Of a stretch of 11,970 bases of DNA, positions 7,433 through 11,970 are shown in pieces. Position 1 is the first letter of the stretch. Each line of letters opens with the position of its first letter. A program made the position numbers and the translations under genes. The notes under the pieces are model-generated. The model worked only from the letters and a program-made list of their open reading frames with translations. It made no database searches and was not told where the DNA came from. Origin of the DNA: Atribacterota bacterium (GTDB taxonomy: Bacteria > Atribacterota > Phoenicimicrobiia > Phoenicimicrobiales > Phoenicimicrobiaceae); the NCBI GenBank assembly GCA_038203565.1, contig JBBRDV010000041.1, positions 1-11,970 on the forward strand. The letters run 5' to 3'.

Positions 7433-7615
7433 CTATGCAAATTTTAATATTCTCCTTTTAAAAGTTGTGTCAGAAGTTTCTGAGTCCCTGATTAACTCAA
7501 CTAACTGCATCACCGGAACAGGATTAGAAAAGTGAACGCCCAGAATCTTAGTGGATCTTATACTCTGTTCAAGCCCGCTTGCATTCTTTTGGATAGAGAT
7601 AAGCAGGCTTGTCAT
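7433..7615 (-). pseudogene. Relic fragment of a 3-hydroxyacyl-CoA (3-hydroxybutyryl-CoA) dehydrogenase gene
   Basis: KILGVHFSNPVPVMQLVELIRDSETSDTTFK matches the family catalytic segment G(M/L)HFFNP(V/A)PVMxLVE(I/V)IRGxxTS with its His-Glu pair. Only ~60 codons remain, with no Rossmann GxGxxG region and no C-terminal domain. Confidence 0.8.
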
Positions 7616-7730
7616 TTTATATACATTATATATAAAAATTAGAATTTTATCAAATATTTATCGTTCTAGTATTGCGTTTAAATATAGTATCGAGAATATA
7701 GTTAACCATAGGTTATTTTTTCTTATTTTC

Positions 7731-7783
7731 TTGATTATACCCCTATAATAGATTATATTAAAGTTAAATTTACTAACAAGGAG
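7731..7783 (+). promoter_or_regulatory. Sigma70-type promoter and RBS of rqcH
   Basis: TTGATT (7731-7736), 17-nt spacer, TATATT (7754-7759); AAGGAG at 7778-7783, 6 nt before ATG 7790. Confidence 0.6.
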
Positions 7784-7789
7784 ATTAAT

Positions 7790-9625
7790 ATGTCCCTGGA
7801 TAGCATCACCTTAGCAGCAATGAGAGAAGAACTTCTGGATAAATTTAAAGAGGGAAAGATAATAAGCCTGATTCAAACTAAAAAATATAAAATCATCATT
7901 GAAATAAAACCAGATAAGCCTTTACCCTCAAAGGATCTAAATAAAAAAAGCGAAACCTTTTATATCCATATTTCCCTTGACCCCTCGCTTCCTGAAATTT
8001 ACTTTAGCGAATTAGAAAACAGACAGAAGACTATCCGTTCTCCTTTTTTAACTCTTCTGCAAAATCAACTAAAAGGAGGGAAAATATTAGATATCGAACA
8101 CCCTAATTTTGACCGTATTTTACATTTTATTATCAGACCCTACCCGAAGTTCGGTAAATTACAAAACAAAACACTGGTAGTGGAATTTATGGGCAAACAC
8201 GGTAATATGATTCTTCTTAAAGAAGATAAAACCATAGAAACCGCTATGAAACTAATAGATTCCAATATCAACAGGTACCGGGAAATTATGTCCGGAAAGC
8301 TCTATATTCCCCCTCCTTCGCAAAACAAAATAGACCCTTTAAAGATTAACCGTGAAGGCTTCTTTACTATTTTTAGTTCCCTGTCCGCAGAAAATAAAGA
8401 TTTGTCCCTCCGGAAACTGATACAGGACAGTTTTATAGGCCTAAGCCCTCAGAGCGCTAAAGAGGTGATTCTTCAGGCTAACTTATCCCCGGAAAAAAAC
8501 CTATCTGAGACGTCCAAAGCGGATTTGGAAATGCTCTGGACTTCTTTTCATAGAATGGTAACAAATATTAAAAATCATAATTTTGAGCCAGCCCTCTTTT
8601 TAGATCCCCTATCAAAAAAGATAAAAGCCTGGTCTATAATCGATTCAGTTCAGTTTCCCAAATACCCTAAGCGAACTTTTAATAATGCGAATTCGTGCCT
8701 GGAATCCTTATTTACCGAGCTGGAAAAAGAATGGGAAATTCTATCTATACAAAATAAGTTAGACCAGATAATCAGAAAAAATACGTTGAAAATAAATAAT
8801 AAGATAAACGGGTACCAAAAAAAACTGGAGGAAGTGAAAAATTGTGAAAACTTTAAAATAAGCGGTGAACTGATAAAAGCAAATCTTTCCAGCATTAAAA
8901 GAGGAGACCGGGAAATTACTGCCATCAACTATTATTCTCCCCGACAGGAAAATATAACCATCCCGCTAAAGGAAAAATTAACCCCTTTAGAAAATGCCCG
9001 GTTATATTTTAAAAAATACCGGAAAACAAAAAATAGTTTCCAGATAATTTTCGAGCAATTAAAGAGCCATGAGCATAATCTTGCCCAGCTGACCGAGCTT
9101 CAGAAATCATATGAGCAAGAAATCAATTCTCTTCCCAATCTGCTCAAAATTTATAATAGCCTAACCAAATTAGGATGGGCAAAGAAGGCTGCTCCTCCCC
9201 TTAAAAAGCCCAAAAAAGTAAAGAATAAACTGGTGCCGACGGCTAAATATATCTCTAAAGATGGCTGGGAAATCTATGTAGGGAAAAGTAACTTGCAAAA
9301 TGATTTTTTAACCTTTAAATTGGCTTCCGGCAATGATACCTGGCTTCATGCAAAAAACATTCAGGGGTCTCATATTATCATTAAAAATAAAGGGAGTAAA
9401 CAATCTCTTCCGCTTGTCACCTTGATTCAGGCTGCAAATTTAGCCGCTTATTTTAGTAAAGCTAAAAAAGATAATAAAGTATTAGTCGATTATACTTTTA
9501 AAAAATACGTGAAAAAACCTAAGAACGCTAAGCCGGGAATGGTTATTTATTCTCAAGAAAAGAGTCTTTGGATAAAAATAGATGCGGAAGAAATCAGGAG
9601 CATGGAGAAGGTTTCTCAAAAATAA
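7790..9625 (+). CDS. rqcH: Ribosome quality-control factor RqcH (Rqc2/NFACT family, often annotated fibronectin-binding protein FbpA)
   Basis: 611 aa: MSLD start, FDRIL and VEFMGKHGNMILL (NFACT-N), YIPPP, HhH region (FIGLSP), coiled coil, ENARLYFKKYRK, and NFACT-R motifs GKSNLQNDFLT, WLHAKNIQGSH, AAYFSKA, VKKPKNAKPGMVIY. Confidence 0.93.
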   Translation: MSLDSITLAAMREELLDKFKEGKIISLIQTKKYKIIIEIKPDKPLPSKDLNKKSETFYIHISLDPSLPEIYFSELENRQKTIRSPFLTLLQNQLKGGKILDIEHPNFDRILHFIIRPYPKFGKLQNKTLVVEFMGKHGNMILLKEDKTIETAMKLIDSNINRYREIMSGKLYIPPPSQNKIDPLKINREGFFTIFSSLSAENKDLSLRKLIQDSFIGLSPQSAKEVILQANLSPEKNLSETSKADLEMLWTSFHRMVTNIKNHNFEPALFLDPLSKKIKAWSIIDSVQFPKYPKRTFNNANSCLESLFTELEKEWEILSIQNKLDQIIRKNTLKINNKINGYQKKLEEVKNCENFKISGELIKANLSSIKRGDREITAINYYSPRQENITIPLKEKLTPLENARLYFKKYRKTKNSFQIIFEQLKSHEHNLAQLTELQKSYEQEINSLPNLLKIYNSLTKLGWAKKAAPPLKKPKKVKNKLVPTAKYISKDGWEIYVGKSNLQNDFLTFKLASGNDTWLHAKNIQGSHIIIKNKGSKQSLPLVTLIQAANLAAYFSKAKKDNKVLVDYTFKKYVKKPKNAKPGMVIYSQEKSLWIKIDAEEIRSMEKVSQK

Positions 9626-9635
9626 TTCTACTGCT

Positions 9636-10562
9636 CTATTTTTTATCCCCTTCCAGGCAATCAATTAATTCCTGCATATCTTGGGGTAAAGGGGCAGAAA
9701 ATTCCATATATTTTTTAGATGAAGGGTGTACAAAACCTAAAATATGAGAATGTAAAGCCTGCCTGTTCATATTTAATTCCTGCTTTCTGTGACCGTATAG
9801 CTGGTCACCAACGATGGGATAGCCGATAAAAGCCAGATGTACTCTTAGCTGATGAGTCCTGCCCGTACGAAGAGTTGCTTCGACCAGGGTATAGCCGGAA
9901 AATCTTTTTAACACCTGGAATTGAGTTATTGCTTCCCTGCTTTTTCCTTCGGTAACTGCCATTTTTTTCCTGTTCTTCAGGCTCCTGCCGATAGGTGCAT
10001 CGATAATTCCGGAATCATCTTTCATATTACCGTGAACTAAGGCAAGATATTTTTTGGTTATCTGATGATCCTTTATCTGTCTTGAGAGGTCAAGATGTGC
10101 AAAATCATTTTTTGCTGATACTATCAGACCGGAAGTGTCTTTGTCCAGGCGGTGTACAATGCCCGGCCTGATTACTCCGCCTATCCCGGATAAGGAACCC
10201 TGGCAATGATAAAGCAGGGCATTCACCAGGGTACCGGAACAAATTTTCCCTGCAGGGTGAACAATCATATCGGCCGGTTTATTGACTACCACTAAATATT
10301 CATCTTCGTAGATTATATCTAAGGAAATGGCTTCTGCCTTAATCTGTAATTCTTTTTGTTCTGGCGGGGCTATATTTATCATATCCCCATTTTTCAAGAT
10401 ATAACTCGGTTTAACCGGGGTACTATTTACTCTGATTTGACCTTGAATGACTAAATTCCGAATCTGAGATCTGGAGGGATATATTTCTTTCTGAGTTAAA
10501 TAGAGGTCAATTCTGATTTTTTCTTCGCCTGTGAATATTAAGCTTTTTTCTTTTTCTGTCAT
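9636..10562 (-). CDS. rluD: RluA/RluD family 23S rRNA pseudouridine synthase with N-terminal S4 domain
   Basis: RIDLYL...SRSQI S4-like start; VNKPADMIVHP, RPGIVHRLDKDTSG (catalytic Asp), TGRTHQLRVH, PIVGDQLYG, RQALH. Confidence 0.93.
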   Translation of the reverse strand: MTEKEKSLIFTGEEKIRIDLYLTQKEIYPSRSQIRNLVIQGQIRVNSTPVKPSYILKNGDMINIAPPEQKELQIKAEAISLDIIYEDEYLVVVNKPADMIVHPAGKICSGTLVNALLYHCQGSLSGIGGVIRPGIVHRLDKDTSGLIVSAKNDFAHLDLSRQIKDHQITKKYLALVHGNMKDDSGIIDAPIGRSLKNRKKMAVTEGKSREAITQFQVLKRFSGYTLVEATLRTGRTHQLRVHLAFIGYPIVGDQLYGHRKQELNMNRQALHSHILGFVHPSSKKYMEFSAPLPQDMQELIDCLEGDKK

Positions 10563-10613
10563 AAATAAATCCTAATTGAATTAAAAACTTTTTTCAGGGA
10601 TGGTCACCCGATA

Positions 10614-10643
10614 AGTATATAACAAAATCAGCTTAAAACTCAA
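10614..10643 (-). promoter_or_regulatory. Candidate sigma70 promoter for rluD
   Basis: Minus strand TTGAGT (10643-10638), 18-nt spacer, TATACT (10619-10614), about 50 nt upstream of the rluD ATG. Confidence 0.45.
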
Positions 10644-10745
10644 GTTATTTTAATATATATGGGGCAGGGGAAGGTTGTTTCTGCTCAGATATGATAGACA
10701 GGATAGAAATTTGATAGATATTTTAAAAAATAAGTATATTTTTAT

Positions 10746-11970
10746 TCAATTTTTGGCCTTCAGTATGTTTTGAGTATAACTAACCAAGTCTTTTAAGGGT
10801 ATCGGTTTTCTCAAAAAACCTGCGGCGCCTTCCTCAAGATACATTCCTGCAACTTTATCTTCAATAAGTTTCCCAGTAATAAATACTATTTTTGTTTTTA
10901 GAGAAATTTCTTTTATCTTTTTAAATACAGCAATACCGTCCATCCCCGGCATAATTATATCCAAATATATTAAATCAAAATTTTTCTTTCTGCACAAATT
11001 AAGCGCATTTCCTCCGCTGTCTGCCACAGTTACGGAATAACCTTCTTTATCCAGAACCTTTTTAAACAATTTTCCTACCTCAACCTCATCATCTACGATT
11101 AAAATCTCAGCCTGTTTTAATTTTCTTTTATTATTTTTAACTGCCTTTGCTACTGCTTTCGGCAGAACCTCCGCCCAATTTTCATTTTTCGTTACCGGAA
11201 AAAGTATGGTAAATGTTGTCCCTTTACCTTTCACACTTTCCGCCTTTATTTCTCCATGATGCGCTTTTATGATTCCATACGAAACAGCCAAACCCAGACC
11301 TGTACCCGGAATTCCCTCTTTTTGCCGCCTGCTGGTCCTAAAAAATGGGATAAACAATTTAGATAAATCCTCTTTGTTTATGGCCCTGCCGGTATTATGG
11401 AACTGGATTTCTATAAATTTCCCTTCCTTTTTCACCTTTATGGTAAACTTCCCGCCTTTAGACATTTCATTTTTTGCATTGACAATCAGGTTTAAAAAAA
11501 CCTGCTGTATCTGACCTACATCTATTAAAGTTTTTGGGACATCTGAATAATTTCTTACCACTGTAATTAAATTATTTTCCAGATCTCGGTTAACCAATCC
11601 AAGAACTTCTTCAATTACCTCTATCAAATCTGCTGACTCTTTCTTAAGTTCAATTCTTTTAGTAAAGGTAAGCAATTTTTTCACAACCAGAGCTCCCCTA
11701 TTTACGCTCTTAAGAATCACCTCCAAGGATTTCTTTATCTCAGTTTCCTTCCTTATACCTTTCGCATATTCTGCATTACCGCCTATAATACTCAGGAGAT
11801 TATTAAATTCATGCGCAATTCCTGCCGCTAACTGGCCTGCTATCGCCATTCTTTCAGAATGGATAAGTTCACTCTCCATCTGCTTGCGCTCGGTGATGTC
11901 GCGGGTGACCGCAAGCAAAGATTCTATGACTCCGTTTTCGTTTCGTTCCGCTACAATCTGGGTTATAAAA
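10746..11970 (-). CDS. Hybrid sensor histidine kinase (PAS/PAC - HisKA - HATPase_c - receiver); 5' end beyond the right edge
   Basis: The frame is open to the window edge (FITQIVAERNENGVIESLLAVTRDITERKQ, a PAC motif), so 11918 is not the real start. H box AGIAHEFNNLL, N box QVFLNLIVNA, G2 box GTGLGL; receiver ILIVDDE...LDIIMPGMDG...FITG...KP. Confidence 0.93.
   Translation of the reverse strand, partial: FITQIVAERNENGVIESLLAVTRDITERKQMESELIHSERMAIAGQLAAGIAHEFNNLLSIIGGNAEYAKGIRKETEIKKSLEVILKSVNRGALVVKKLLTFTKRIELKKESADLIEVIEEVLGLVNRDLENNLITVVRNYSDVPKTLIDVGQIQQVFLNLIVNAKNEMSKGGKFTIKVKKEGKFIEIQFHNTGRAINKEDLSKLFIPFFRTSRRQKEGIPGTGLGLAVSYGIIKAHHGEIKAESVKGKGTTFTILFPVTKNENWAEVLPKAVAKAVKNNKRKLKQAEILIVDDEVEVGKLFKKVLDKEGYSVTVADSGGNALNLCRKKNFDLIYLDIIMPGMDGIAVFKKIKEISLKTKIVFITGKLIEDKVAGMYLEEGAAGFLRKPIPLKDLVSYTQNILKAKN

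Noticed and set aside
7551..7748. Plus-strand 65-aa hydrophobic ORF upstream of rqcH
   Set aside because: No RBS, the composition reflects AT-rich intergenic DNA, and it overlaps both the dehydrogenase relic and the rqcH promoter.
8650..9664. Minus-strand ORFs 8650..8928 and 9482..9664
   Set aside because: Antisense to rqcH, with no motifs.
11269..11514. Plus-strand 81-aa ORF
   Set aside because: Antisense shadow of the histidine kinase.
1..11970. CRISPR arrays, tRNA/rRNA genes, IS elements, defence systems
   Set aside because: By eye I found no spaced repeats, cloverleaf or rRNA-like sequence, transposase, integrase or nuclease motifs.

Overview
AT-rich bacterial window with strong AGGAGG-type ribosome binding sites. 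The left two thirds (minus strand) look like a nutrient-scavenging locus. It holds an alanine dehydrogenase broken by a single extra base near its 3' end, then a ~400 bp intergenic region with a structured leader, then a complete TRAP transporter (dctP-dctQ-dctM). Two tandem, divergent N-acyl-D-amino-acid deacylase (D-aminoacylase family) genes follow; the second is missing from the ORF track because it runs off the left edge. The two deacylases differ at the metal-bridging residue (GNCG vs GMDG). Upstream of ald lies a short relic of a 3-hydroxyacyl-CoA dehydrogenase gene. The right part is housekeeping and signalling: rqcH (NFACT/FbpA, plus strand), a convergent RluD-type pseudouridine synthase, and the 3' part of a PAS-containing hybrid histidine kinase with an atypical G1 box. 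I saw no RNA genes, CRISPR arrays or mobile elements. The best candidate for an undescribed system is the TRAP + twin D-aminoacylase module, possibly with Ald, as an uptake and catabolism route for N-acyl-D-amino acids or D-amino-acid peptides. Its substrate is inferred, not shown.
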